Origin: an uncultured bacterium
GTDB lineage: Bacteria; Edwardsbacteria; AC1; EtOH8
DNA: 64,000 bases
Reading direction: 5' to 3'
Assembly (NCBI GenBank): GCA_963780225.1
Contig: CAWAAX010000004.1
Location: 164,217-228,216 of the forward strand
The notes under the pieces were generated by a model that was given only the letters and a program-made list of their open reading frames with translations, was not told where the DNA came from and did not search any database. Within the stretch, counting starts at the first letter, position 1. Every line of letters begins with the position of its first letter. The translations under genes were made by a program, and so were the position numbers. Shown piece after piece: positions 19,661 to 30,824 of the stretch.

Positions 19661-20632
19661 ATGAAGAAGGCGCTCCTGTTCCTGGCGGTAATGTCCTATA
19701 CGGCAGAGTTTGCTTTGGCTCAGGATTGCGGCTTCTCATTCCTGCGGCTGCCCCTCAAGGCCCGGGCCGTGTCCATGGGCGAAGCCCTGGTTGGGGCTTC
19801 CGACGACCTGGCCGGCCTGCCCTACAATCCGGCCGGCCTGTCGCTGATCAAAAGCCGCCAGGGTTCGGCCGGCTACACCAATTATGCCGCCGACATCCAG
19901 ACCGGCAGCGTCAGCTATGTCCAGCCCTGGGACCAATGGAGCACTTACAGCGCCGGGATCTCCTATCTCAACAGCGGCTCCATCAAAGAGACCACCCTGG
20001 ACCTGCCCACCGGCACCGGAAACACCTTCAGCTACAATACCCTGGCTTTGTCGCTGGGATACGGCCGGATCATAACCTCCCAGCTGTTTGCCGGGGCCGC
20101 GCTGAAAGGGGTCTACGACAAGGTGCAGGAATACTCGGCCGCCGCGGTGGCCGTGGACCTGGGGGCATTATATGAGATAGACATGGATCAGGCGGCTAAA
20201 TTCCTGTTCAAGGCTAAAGGCCCTCATAAGTATGGCAGCAGCCTGACCGCCGGGTTTGCGGTACTGAACCTGGGGGTGGCCGCCAAAGCCTTTGTCACTG
20301 AAAAGGAGAAACTTCCCCTGACCTTCCGGGGCGGGCTGGCCTACCGGCCCGTCATGAACCGGCTGACAATTGCCCTGGCGGCCTCTAAGGCCGTGGATAC
20401 CGGGATCAAAGCCCAGCTGGGCCTGGAGTATTTTGCCAAGGATGCTTTGGCCCTGCGGCTGGGATACAACGGCGCCATGGGGGACATTAAGACCGGCTCC
20501 GATCTGGACGACTTTACCGGGATGGCTTGTGGTTTGGGAATTTACGTCCGGAAATACAGGCTGGACGTGGCTTATGTTCCGATGGGAGGGCTGGGGAATC
20601 CACTGAGAGCGGATATCAGCGTAGAGTTTTAA
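19661..20632 (+). CDS. PorV/PorQ-like (UPF0164) outer-membrane beta-barrel
   Basis: FSFLRLPLKARAVSMGEA..YNPAGL N-terminal signature, LALRLGYN, terminal Phe. Confidence 0.85.
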   Translation: MKKALLFLAVMSYTAEFALAQDCGFSFLRLPLKARAVSMGEALVGASDDLAGLPYNPAGLSLIKSRQGSAGYTNYAADIQTGSVSYVQPWDQWSTYSAGISYLNSGSIKETTLDLPTGTGNTFSYNTLALSLGYGRIITSQLFAGAALKGVYDKVQEYSAAAVAVDLGALYEIDMDQAAKFLFKAKGPHKYGSSLTAGFAVLNLGVAAKAFVTEKEKLPLTFRGGLAYRPVMNRLTIALAASKAVDTGIKAQLGLEYFAKDALALRLGYNGAMGDIKTGSDLDDFTGMACGLGIYVRKYRLDVAYVPMGGLGNPLRADISVEF

Positions 20633-20647
20633 AACTTAAGATCTCTT

Positions 20648-20676
20648 AATGGGCGGCCTGAAACCGCCCATTTTTT
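20648..20676 (+). terminator. Intrinsic terminator
   Basis: aatgggcgg-cctgaaa-ccgcccatt plus T tract. Confidence 0.8.
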
Positions 20677-20702
20677 GATTAACAGAATCTGAGGGTGCAG
20701 AC

Positions 20703-21797
20703 ATGAACAATTCCGATTGCATCGAGATAATCAATGACCAGCCGGAACACAGCGGGGCTGGGGTCTATGCCTGGAACCTTTACCGGAACCTCAAAGACCT
20801 GACACCGGTGAAAATGGCCTATTATAACAGCCAAAAAGGCAGTTGCGAGTTCTACGGGGCCAAGGGGCTGGAGTCCACAATAAATGTCGGGATCAAGAGC
20901 CCCAAGCCGCTCTTTTGGAGGCAGTGCAGCCGGTCTTACCGGCATCAAAAAAACGTCCATGTACTCAGCCAGAACCTGTCGTTCCTGAAGGCCGGGAATA
21001 AAAGAATAGTCACCTGCCTGGATCTGATCCCTCTTTTCATGCCCTCGACCCTGCTGGAGAAATGCTGGCGGACCTTCCTTTACTCGGGGATAAAGAAAGC
21101 CGACCACGTGATATCCATCTCCCAGGCCACCAAGAACGACCTGGTAAGGATATACAAAATGGATCCCCAAAAGATCACACCGGTTCTGCTGGGCGTTACC
21201 CCGGAATACAAACCTTACAGTAAAAGGGCCAGCCGGGAATTGTTGGGGCTGCCGCAGGACGAAAAGATAATTTTGCAAGTGGGTACCGCCGCTCCCCGGA
21301 AGAACTTCATCACGGTGCTTAAGGCCTTCAGTCAGATTTCCCGGGGAAATTCCAATGTCAGATTGGTCAAAGTAGGTCCGGTCAGCAAGAGGGATAGAGA
21401 GTTCATTGCCCTGAAAGGATTGGCCTCGAAGGTCTTGTTTCGGGAGTCGGTGCCCAAGGAACACTTACCTCATTATTATGCCGCCGCCGATGTCTTTGCT
21501 TTTCCCTCGTTGTACGAAGGCTTCGGCTTGCCAGCGTTGGAGGCCATGGCTTGCGGCTGTCCGGTGATCGCCGCTGATAATTCATCTATTCCGGAGGTAA
21601 TGGGGGATGCCGGCTTGATGATAGATTCCCGGGACGATACCTTGTGGAAGGAAGCGATCCTTTTGGTTTTGTCGGACCAGGGTTTGTCCCAAAAAATGAC
21701 GGCCGAGGGATTGAAGCAAGCCCGGCTTTTTACCTGGCAGAAGACTGCGGAGGAGACGCTTAAGGTTTATCAAAACATTTTTGAAAACATTTCTTGA
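20703..21797 (+). CDS. Glycosyltransferase family 4
   Basis: PRKN, FAFPSLYEGFGLPALEAMACGCPVI, FTWQKTAEET. Confidence 0.93.
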   Translation: MNNSDCIEIINDQPEHSGAGVYAWNLYRNLKDLTPVKMAYYNSQKGSCEFYGAKGLESTINVGIKSPKPLFWRQCSRSYRHQKNVHVLSQNLSFLKAGNKRIVTCLDLIPLFMPSTLLEKCWRTFLYSGIKKADHVISISQATKNDLVRIYKMDPQKITPVLLGVTPEYKPYSKRASRELLGLPQDEKIILQVGTAAPRKNFITVLKAFSQISRGNSNVRLVKVGPVSKRDREFIALKGLASKVLFRESVPKEHLPHYYAAADVFAFPSLYEGFGLPALEAMACGCPVIAADNSSIPEVMGDAGLMIDSRDDTLWKEAILLVLSDQGLSQKMTAEGLKQARLFTWQKTAEETLKVYQNIFENIS

Positions 21798-21869
21798 CAA
21801 AAGTATTAAACAGGAGTAGCATTGTTATATAAAGGGTTAATTTAATCGCAATAAAGTTGAGAGCCAGTC

Positions 21870-23872
21870 ATGAAAAAGTCATATTTTGCACTGGTGGCTT
21901 TAGCCTGTTTGTTTCTAACCACGGCAGTTTCCTTTGCCGGGACCTGGGTGGAATCAACGCAGGCCGATTTTGTCGATGGTGATTTTGAAGCCAACGTATT
22001 CACATCCACCGATGGCAGCGACAGCGGTTGTATTAAAACGGCCCCGGGAGCTTTTTACGATCTCAATAAAGACGGAAGGCCGGACCTAGTGATAAGCAAC
22101 ATGCATGATGACTCTAGAAATTTCAACATCAACTCCTATATCTATTGGGGCAAGCACGACTGGGCATATTCGGCAGACAGTTGTATGGGGCTGCCTACCC
22201 ACGGAGCTACCGGCAATTCCATTGCTGACCTGAACAAGGATGGCCACCTGGATATTATATTCAGCAGTTACAACGATAATGTAAGTTATTGTACAAACTC
22301 TTTGATATATTGGGGCAGTAAAGAAGGATTTCAGATTGGCGATACCACAGGGTTGCCAACCATGTGCGCCCATGCAAATTATGTAGTGGATCTGAATAAT
22401 GATGGATATTTAGACATCATCTTTGCTAACCATAAGAACGCGGATTATTCCAACAATGTCAATTCATATATTTACTGGGGCAGCAAGACTGGTTTCAGCT
22501 CCGGCAGCCGGACCGAGATAGTTACCATAGGGGCAACCGACATTGCAGTAGCGGATCTTAACAAGGATGGAAAGCTTGATCTGGTTTTTTCCAACCGGCA
22601 GGGTGTATACAGAGGCAGTTTTACCTTCAACCTGCCATCGTACGTCTACTATGGTCAAGGGACTGGCACGGTTTATTACGATTCCACAGCCCGGATGAAC
22701 TTGAGACCCACGGGGCCTACGGTGTTTCCGTGGACGATATAGACAAGGACGGCTGGCTGGACATAGTTTTCAGCAACTCTCACGATGGCGCCAGTTACAA
22801 CATAAAATCATATATTTACTGGGGGTCTGCTACTGGTTTTACCTCCAGGCCCAGAACGGAGTTACCGACCAAGGCAGGTTATTCCAATACCGTGATTGAT
22901 CTTGACCGCGATGGGGATAAGGATGTAGTCTTTGCCAACTGGTATGACCGGGATAGCCTGCCCTATACGGTTGATACGCATGATGTCCCTTCATATGTTT
23001 ACTGGGGGCCGGATTTCAACCTCAGGACAGATCTGCCCAGCCATGGGGCGCAGGGTATTCTTGTAGGCAAGATATCCAGCAATAGCGAAAACGATGTGTT
23101 GATTACCAACAGCGTTCAGGGCGAGGGTTTTTACGGAGCTACGTTCAGCACTTGGAGCTACATCTTCCATGGGGTGTCCAAGACGGGATATAATAGTTAC
23201 GATTCGATCCCGTCAACCTACGGCCATATATCCACCAAGGATAACGGGAATGTCCATGACCGGGGCAAAACCGAGACCTATAATTCCTCGATTTTCGGCA
23301 ACGGCACCGATACCTATGAATGGGGAGCCTGCAGTTGGACCGCCACCATACCAGCCGGATGCGCCCTGCAAATGCAATTAAGGACCGGCAACACACCGGA
23401 CCCCAATGACGGGACCTGGAGCGCTTGGGAGCCGGTGGTTAAATCCGGGGCGAAGGCAGGCCTGCCAAATTCAAAATACAGCCAGTATCAGGCCTTGACC
23501 ACAGCCAATGATTATTATGAAACGCCGACGGTCGATGATTATTCATTGGTCTATGAAGTAGCGTCCGGGATTACCGGTGGATCACAGAATGACGCTCGCA
23601 AAGAATCCTTCAAGGCAGTAGGAAAAAATGATTTTTCGGGAGCTTGGTTGAGCTATCAAATAACCGCCAATAAAAATGTAAAGATATCCGTATATAACAT
23701 CGAAGGGCGGTTGATGGCCAACCTGATCAATGCCAATCAAAATTCCGGCAGCTACCAGCTAAACTGGGATGCGTCCAATTCATCAGGAACCAGGGTGCCT
23801 TCAGGTATATATTTCTGCCGGGCGGCTATCGGAAACGATGTCTATTGCGCCAAGATAGTTGTTTTAAAGTAG
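21870..23872 (+). CDS. Secreted FG-GAP/VCBS-repeat protein with FlgD-Ig-type C-terminal domain; frameshift near 22695
   Basis: Repeated DLNKDG..DL(I/V)FSN..SYIYWG units in both ORF pieces; IYNIEGRL..WDA..G.RVPSGIYF..KIVVLK. Confidence 0.85.
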
Positions 23873-23887
23873 ACAGATAACTGTTAT

Positions 23888-23928
23888 AAAAATGGTCAGG
23901 CTCAACCTGGAAAGCCTGACCATTTTTT
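23888..23928 (+). terminator. Intrinsic terminator
   Basis: aaaaatggtcaggct..agcctgaccattttt. Confidence 0.8.
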
Positions 23929-24006
23929 ATTGACCTGATTTGAGAAATTGTGATATAGTTATGGCAAAGGAGTATATATAATCCAAAATTACAACAGCGG
24001 TAAAAG

Positions 24007-24666
24007 TTGAAAGAAGACAGTTATTACAAACAGCGGGTGGAGGAGGAAGTCTCAAAAAGGACTTACCGCTCGTCCAAATATTCCGACTGGCATCAGGAGA
24101 TATTAAGCCACGCCAAAGGGACCGTGCTTGATCTGGGAGCCGGCGATGGGGCCTTCACCGGCCCGATGGCGCTGCAGGGTCTTAGAGTAGTAGCCTGCGA
24201 TCTTTCCCGCGCCCGTCTGCAAAATCTAAAGACCAGCACCTCCGAATTGGTTGAACTGGATGCAACGGCAATTCCGTTCAAACAGTCGGTTTTTGATACG
24301 GTCTTATTTATCGAAGTACTTGAGCATCTGCCTGACCGGGCAGCCCAGCAAAAACTGTTGGCCGAACTGGGCCAAGTTCTGAGGTCCGATGGAGTAATAG
24401 TGCTGACCACACCCAACCGCCCGGTATATCGCTGGATGACCTTCTTCTGGAAATGGTTCGGCGGCCAGGCCCCGGACCCCACCCATTATTCCGAACTGAG
24501 CTGGCCGGAGTTGGAAGCGCTTTGCCGGGAGAAGTTTGAGATAAGCTATGTCCGGGGGAAAGCCGGTCTGATCCCGATAAATGTTGTTCAGAAGTATTTT
24601 TCAAAACGTTTACATTTGTGTTATGATATCATGGTAGTGCTGAAACATAAGCCAAAAGCAGTATGA
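24007..24666 (+). CDS. Class I SAM-dependent methyltransferase
   Basis: VLDLGAGDG, FDTV..IEVLEHL, LTTPN. Confidence 0.88.
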   Translation: MKEDSYYKQRVEEEVSKRTYRSSKYSDWHQEILSHAKGTVLDLGAGDGAFTGPMALQGLRVVACDLSRARLQNLKTSTSELVELDATAIPFKQSVFDTVLFIEVLEHLPDRAAQQKLLAELGQVLRSDGVIVLTTPNRPVYRWMTFFWKWFGGQAPDPTHYSELSWPELEALCREKFEISYVRGKAGLIPINVVQKYFSKRLHLCYDIMVVLKHKPKAV

Positions 24667-25578
24667 AGCGTTTTTTATCCGGGCCGGCCGTCAAAAAATC
24701 TGCCGCCTTATTGGTGGTTCTGGTTATTTCGTATTTCCTGGGAAACCAGTTATACCGGGGCTGGAAGGACATTCCTTTCTCCAGCCTACAGTTCAATTAT
24801 TTCTGGCTGGTCTTCTCATACCTGGGTTTGTTTGCTTCTTTCGCCTGCTCAATAAAATGCCTGGCAGATCATTCTGGAAGGGCTGGGATACAAGATGAGC
24901 TTTGCCCGGTCGTGGTGGGTGATCACTGCTTCCTTTCTGGCCAAGTACATTCCCGGGCATGTCTGGGCGGTGGGCGGCAGGATGATACTGTGCAAGGCCG
25001 AGGGCGTCTCCGAAAAGATAAGCGGCACGGCCATGATCATAGAAATGATGGGACTTTTGCTGGGTTCTCTGCTGGCTGGCATAGTTTGCATTCCCTTCAT
25101 GCTGGCTCAAGGTGTACCTTCCTGGATATGGCTGATGATCCTGCCGGCAGCGATCCTGATCGTGCTTTTATTCTCACCTTTGCTTTTCGCTCTCCTGCGC
25201 TGGTCGGCCAAAATATTCCTGAAACGGGAGGTAACCCTGGCAACCAGCCCCGCCAGGTTTGGCGCGGCAGTGTTGTTGTATTTTATTTCCGCCCTGATCC
25301 AGGGGGCGGCATTCTTTTGCCTGATCCGGGCCATATATCCCATCAGCCTTAAATTCCTGCCGGGAGCAATAGGCCTTTATAACGGAGCCTGGGCGGTCGG
25401 TTTTTTAAGCCTGATCACTCCCGGTGGTTTGGGGGTGAGGGAAGGGGCCATGGCCTTTTTATTGAAATATTTCATTCCGGTTCCACTGGCGGTCATCATC
25501 TCAATCTTGGCCAGATTGTGGATCACGCTGTTTGAGGTTCTGGTGGCCTTGATCGGTTTGAAATTCAGAAAACAGTAA
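24663..25578 (+). CDS. Lysylphosphatidylglycerol synthase TM / flippase-like (UPF0104) membrane protein; frameshift near 24858
   Basis: LAKYIPGHVWAVGGR and TPGGLGVREG motifs. Confidence 0.82.
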
Positions 25579-25590
25579 TTAGAAAAGATC

Positions 25591-28031
25591 ATGAAGAAAA
25601 AACAAAATCCCAAAGCAATACCGGCCGCTAAAACTCCGGTCCTGGCAAGCCGTGATCCGTTGAATAATTTCTGGCTGGCGGCCGGTCTGCTGCTGGCCCT
25701 GAGTCTGCTGTTTTTCAACCGGGCGCTGTTCTCCGGGCTGATGCTATTCGGCAGCGATTTCGTGGCCGGGGGCTATATGACCCGTAATTTCATCGTGGAA
25801 AGCATTAAGCAATTTGGGACGGTTCCCTTGTGGGATCCCCAGATATACGGCGGAGTGCCTTTGGCCAGCGTCGGCACTATGTCCGGCGATTACTGGTATT
25901 TCCCGATGACCGTTTTGTACTGGCTTAAGCTGGCTCCGGAGAAGATCGTCGCCGTCAGTTACTTTCTGCATGTACTGCTGGCTGGCATCGGCACATATCT
26001 TTTTCTGAGAATCAAGCGTTTTTCCGGTACGGCATCCTTTATCTCGGCCGTGGGTTATATGTTCACCAGTTCCATGGTCAGCTTGATTTACGCCGGTCAT
26101 GATGCCAAGATCGCGGTCTCGGCGCTGTTGCCATGGCTGCTACTGTTCATAGATAAAACAGTGGGCACCAGGAAGCTTGTGTGGGCTTTGCTGGCCGGCT
26201 TGGTGATCGGGCTGGCCCTGATGTCACCCCACGTCCAAATGTCGTATTACCTTCTCTTGGCCGGATTCTTTTTTGCCGTGGCCCGGATATATCAAAATTA
26301 CAAGTCAGAGAAAAACCGGAACAATATCCTTAAAACACTGGCTCTTGGCCTGTTAATGCTGGCCGCCGGGTTTTCTCTTTACGCGGTCCAGGCGTTGACC
26401 CTTCAGGACTACATAAAATTCTCGGCCCGGGGACAGGACAAGGGCTACGCTTATGCCACTTCCTATTCCATGCCGCCGGAGGAGATTATCAACGTCGTCT
26501 GGCCGGAGTTCTCCGGTCTGATAGACAAGAATTCCGACAGCGACCCACCCATTGGTACTGGGGACGCCGGGACCTGAAACTCCACACCGAATACGTCGGG
26601 GTTATTCCTTTCCTGTTGGCTCTTAATACGGGTTGTTGTACAGCCGGCGGAAAAAGTTGAAGCTATTCTTCATATTGCTCGGGAGTCTTTGCCCTGACCG
26701 TGGCCTTCGGCGGATTCACGCCGTTGTATTACCTGGTCTATTATCTGATTCCCGGGATGTCCAAGTTCCGCAGCCCGGCCATGATCTTCAATACTGTTCT
26801 GCCTTTGCCGCCGCGGTACTGGCGGCCCGGGCGTCCAGGAATTATGGACGGCAAGTACCGGAAAAAAATTAATTCCGTGCTGTTGATTTGTCTTGGTTTG
26901 ACCCTGTTGTTCGGGATTTGTTTTCTCCGCCAAGGAGGGGATGACCTCTATGCTTTCGGTTTTTGCGGCCAAAAATTGGGGCAATCAGGCGCTGTGGCAA
27001 AGTTACGGCGAGATGCTCAAGGGTTATTGGGTGTTTTTTGTTTTTCTGATAATCGGCTCCGCACTAATAATTTTGCTGGCCAAAAGAACCATCCCGGCTT
27101 AAATGGTGGGCAATATCGGCGGGAATATTGATATTTATCGAACTCTGGAGGGTGGACGCTAATTTCATAAAAGTGGTGGATCCTCCGGCCGACTATTTTG
27201 CCAAGGATGAAGTTGTGCGGGCGCTGGAAAAGGACCAGGGCAATGGCATATACCGGGTTTGGCCCCTGCAGGTCCACCAGCAGGGCAGCTATCTAACCTT
27301 GTTCGGTCCTGCAACTTCGGTGGAGAGCATCCTAATCCGTTGAAACGTTACAATGAGTTTTTAGGGACTTCACCGGCCAGCTTGTTCCCGGATTACCACA
27401 ACCTGCTGGCCAGTCGCGGGCAATTTATGAATATCCTTAATGTAAAATATATTTTAACGCAGCAACAGGTGAACCATCCGAGTTTTGTGCTGGCGGATTC
27501 TTGTTATAACGGAAAAGTGAAGATATACAAAAACCAAACCGTCCTTCCCAGGGCCTGGGTAGTGGGCCGTTACGAGAGTATAAGACAGGAGACCGCATCC
27601 TTAACCGGATGAAGCAGCCGGACTTTGACCCCTTCAAATCAGTGATATTGGAGGAGAACCCGGCGGGGTTTGTTCCCCAGGAAGGTGTTCGGGTCGTGTC
27701 GGTTGATTTTTACCAGCCCAATCAGGTGGTAATGACCGTCGAATCTGCTAAGCCCCGGATAATGGTCTTTAGCGATAACCATTATCCGGCCTGGCAGGCC
27801 TTTGTGGACGGGGCACCGGCTAAGATCTACCGGGCGGATTACACCTTCCGGGCGGTGATCCTTCCGGCGGGACGTCATAAAGTGGAATTTAAATATTATT
27901 CCAAAATCTTCAATACCGGCCGGACCATAAGCATAATCTCTGCGTTGCTGGTGATTCTGGGAATAATCGGCCTTAGCATAACGGGGAGGACTGGAGGTAA
28001 AGGGACCGAACAAGAAAAAAAGACCTTATAA
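25591..28031 (+). pseudogene. YfhO-family membrane glycosyltransferase-like gene with many frameshifts (sequence error or decay)
   Basis: PLWDPQIYGGVP, HVQMSYY, PGMSKFRSP, LNVKYIL, NQTVLPRAW, YPAWQAFVDG..FRAVILPAGRHKVEF spread over at least five frame pieces. Confidence 0.75.
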
Positions 28032-28041
28032 AACAGGAATA

Positions 28042-28074
28042 AAAAATCCCCCCGCTTCAGGCGGGGGGATTTTT
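28042..28074. terminator. Bidirectional terminator between convergent genes
   Basis: aaaaatccccccgc-ttcag-gcggggggattttt. Confidence 0.8.
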
Positions 28075-28359
28075 CTTTTTACCAAGGGACTTGATCAAAA
28101 GCGTTTTTTGTTCCCGGGATAATTTCTTGATCTCCATCTCTCTGCGTAGAGCCCGGCTTTTGTTTTTCTGCCTTTCCCGGCAAACTATCTTCACCGGCAG
28201 TCTTGACCTGGTGTATTTGGAAGCTTTTCCGGTAGAATGAGCCATCAATCGTTTGGGAAGGTCATTGGTGATGCCGGTGTAGTAACTTCCATCCCCGCAT
28301 TTAAGGATGTAAACCAGCCATTCTTTGGCCGGTGTGGTCTTTGTTTTGCTTGAAATCAC
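28057..28359 (-). CDS. GIY-YIG nuclease family protein (UPF0213-like)
   Basis: WLVYILKCGDGSYYTGITNDL..R..H..G.ASKYTRSRLPV, ALRREMEIKKLSR. Confidence 0.9.
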   Translation of the reverse strand: MISSKTKTTPAKEWLVYILKCGDGSYYTGITNDLPKRLMAHSTGKASKYTRSRLPVKIVCRERQKNKSRALRREMEIKKLSREQKTLLIKSLGKKKNPPA

Positions 28360-28378
28360 GTTATTTCTTTTTACAAGA

Positions 28379-29275
28379 TCATTTAAAGAATAACAGCCAG
28401 ACTCCGGCCACCGCCACCACTGCTCCGATGATCTCCATTAAACTGACCCGCTGCCGGAACAGGATCACCGATGGCGGAATGATCAGCACCGGCACCAGTG
28501 CCATAATGGTGGAGGCGATGCCGGTAGAAGTGTGTTGCACCGCCAGAAGCGAGAAAGACACACCGAGGAAAGGTCCGAAGGTGGTACCCAGAGTAAGCTG
28601 GCCCATCAGTTCGCGGTCCTTAAATATCCCCGGCAGGCGGCGCCAGCCGCCCAATGCGGTGTACAGGATGGCGAACCCGGCCAGCCCGGTTATCACCCTG
28701 ATCTGAGCCGAGGCAAAGGGGTGGTATCCATGCATCCCGTATTTGGAAAGCACCAACCCGCCTGCCTGTCCCAGCGCTCCCCCCAAAGCCAGCAAAATGC
28801 CGGCCACCGGATGCTTGAAGGATAGCTGGTTCGATCCGGCATCTTTCTTCAAAACCACCAGGGAGATCCCCAGTAGGGTCAGGGCCATGCCCCAGATATC
28901 GATCGGGGTCAGGGTTTCCCCCAGCCAAAGCCAGCCCATCAGCGCTGCCATGGGCGGGGCCAGGGCCATCACCAGCATGGCCACCCGGGCGCTGATGATG
29001 GTGTAGGACTTGAACAGGCAATAGTCTCCGATCACGAACCCGGCCACCCCCGACAGCGAAAGCCACAGCCAGGTATGGGCGGAGGCGTCAAACGGCAGGA
29101 ACATTCCCCTGGTGACCAGGGTAAAACAGCCCAAAAGCAGCGCGCCCAGGGACAACTTGATCAGGTTGACCGCCACGGAGCCGATCTTTTTGGTGGCCGG
29201 TTCAAAGGCCAAAGCGGTGACCGTCCAGCAGACGGCGGTTATCAGGGCGGCAATTTCACCGAGATGTGATGACAT
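28379..29275 (-). CDS. DMT/EamA family transporter
   Basis: About ten hydrophobic segments in duplicated halves; LSGVAGFVIGD, GIASTIMALVPV. Confidence 0.88.
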   Translation of the reverse strand: MSSHLGEIAALITAVCWTVTALAFEPATKKIGSVAVNLIKLSLGALLLGCFTLVTRGMFLPFDASAHTWLWLSLSGVAGFVIGDYCLFKSYTIISARVAMLVMALAPPMAALMGWLWLGETLTPIDIWGMALTLLGISLVVLKKDAGSNQLSFKHPVAGILLALGGALGQAGGLVLSKYGMHGYHPFASAQIRVITGLAGFAILYTALGGWRRLPGIFKDRELMGQLTLGTTFGPFLGVSFSLLAVQHTSTGIASTIMALVPVLIIPPSVILFRQRVSLMEIIGAVVAVAGVWLLFFK

Positions 29276-29447
29276 AAAGCTGACGAAACCTTTTTATTAC
29301 AAGGATATGTGAATGACAAAGGCCGATGGCAAAAGCCGTCGGCCGGGATTGAAAATAATGTTGAGAGACTGCTGGTTTTAGGTTGACAATAGACTCTGGC
29401 TCGCCAGACGAAGTCTCTTGCTTGCCTTACTTTTATATGACGTAGTA

Positions 29448-29679
29448 TGGCGGAGAGTCAGGGATTTTGCGCCAGAGGCGCATCCGCCGTCGCAGGTCAG
29501 AATATAATTGCTGCCGGCGGAGAACCCCTCAACTTTGTTGATCCGGGGTTCGCAACTACAAAATGGCGGAGAGTCAGGGATTTTGCGCCAGAGGCGCATC
29601 CGCCGTCGCAGGTCAGAATATAATTGCTGCCGGCGGAGAACCCCTCAACTTTGTTGATCCGGGGTTCGCAACTACAAAA
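29448..29679 (-). repeat. Two identical 116-bp tandem repeats each containing the tRNA-Ser 3' end
   Basis: Units 29448-29563 and 29564-29679 both begin (plus strand) tggcggagagtcagggattt, as does the tRNA at 29680. Confidence 0.92.
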
Positions 29680-29772
29680 TGGCGGAGAGTCAGGGATTTG
29701 AACCCCGGATCCCGTTCATCACGGGATACACGATTTCGAGTCGTGCGCCTTCAGCCGCTCGGCCAACTCTCC
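29680..29772 (-). tRNA. tRNA-Ser(CGA)
   Basis: GGAGAGTTGGCCGAGCGGCTGAAGGCG-CACGA CT CGA AA TCGTG-long variable arm-GGTTCAAATCC..CTCTCCGCCA. Confidence 0.95.
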
Positions 29773-29902
29773 GCTAATTTAATCAACAATTAATGGGAAT
29801 CCAGTAAATGATTTGTCGTGCGCCTTTCCCGCCTTTGGCGGGACCCCGCCTGCGGCGGTGGCTCCATTCCGCTTATAGATTACAGTGTTTGGTTTACAGA
29901 TG

Positions 29903-30367
29903 TCAGGGTCTTTGAGAGCGTCGTTTTTTAAAGAAATCTCTCAGCATTTGCGAAGACTCTTTTTCCAGCAATCCCCGATCAACCACTATCCGGTGGTTAA
30001 GCCGCTTATCCTCGACGATATTGAACACCGAGCCGCAGGCTCCGGCCTTGGGGTCGGACGCCGCATAGACCAGCCGGTCGATCCGGGCCAGCACCATGGC
30101 CCCGGCGCACATGGCGCAGGGTTCCAAGGTCACGTACAAGGTGCATCCGGTCAGACGCCAGCGGCCCAGTTTATTTGCGGCCTGCCTTAGGGCTATGATC
30201 TCGGCGTGGCGGGATGCGTCCCTTCTTGTCTCCACCTGGTTCCAGCCCCGGCCTACTATCTTGCCCCCATAAACAACCACGGCCCCCACCGGGACCTCGT
30301 TGTTAAGGGCCGCCTTTTGGGCCAGCCGCATAGCCAGCCGCATATATTGTAGTATTTTTTCAGTCAT
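29903..30367 (-). CDS. tadA: tRNA adenosine(34) deaminase
   Basis: EVPVGAVVV, HAEIIAL, LYVTLEPCAMCAGA, DPKAGA, LNH. Confidence 0.95.
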   Translation of the reverse strand: MTEKILQYMRLAMRLAQKAALNNEVPVGAVVVYGGKIVGRGWNQVETRRDASRHAEIIALRQAANKLGRWRLTGCTLYVTLEPCAMCAGAMVLARIDRLVYAASDPKAGACGSVFNIVEDKRLNHRIVVDRGLLEKESSQMLRDFFKKRRSQRP

Positions 30368-30373
30368 AAAAAC

Positions 30374-30450
30374 TGGTGCGCCCGAGAGGATTCGAACCTC
30401 TAACCTACGGATTCGTAGTCCGTTGCTCTATCCAGTTGGGCTACGGGCGC
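30374..30450 (-). tRNA. tRNA-Arg(ACG)
   Basis: GCGCCCGTAGCCCAACTGGATAGAGCA-ACGGA CT ACG AA TCCGT..GGTTCGAATCC..CGGGCGCACCA; one C-A mismatch in D stem. Confidence 0.95.
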
Positions 30451-30824
30451 AGAATAAAATCATTTAATCCAACTAACACCTAATTATAGCGTTTAAAGGC
30501 ATTTCAAGTCAAGCCATTTTTACAGGTTAAAAATAGTAGGCGATTGGCCAACGTTCTCGTGCCATTCAAACATTGTTGATTATTCCCAGATTTTGTAGTG
30601 TGACTTCGACAGGTGGAGCCAGGAGCCCCTCGGCAAGCTGATGAAGAAAAAAAGAACGAATCACTTGTATTTTATGAAAATAATTGATACAATTTAAGAA
30701 TTGAAACCATATTCCCCCCATGCTTACTTTGGGGTTACCTTATAATAGCAGAGGCAGTTAATTAAGGGCCTGGCATAGAAGAATTTTGGGAATAATAACC
30801 AATAAACAAAAACAGGAGAAACAC

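Noticed and set aside
29448..29699. tRNA-end repeats as CRISPR or prophage attL/attR
   Set aside because: Intervening sequences are identical, and no integrase or phage gene is present in the window
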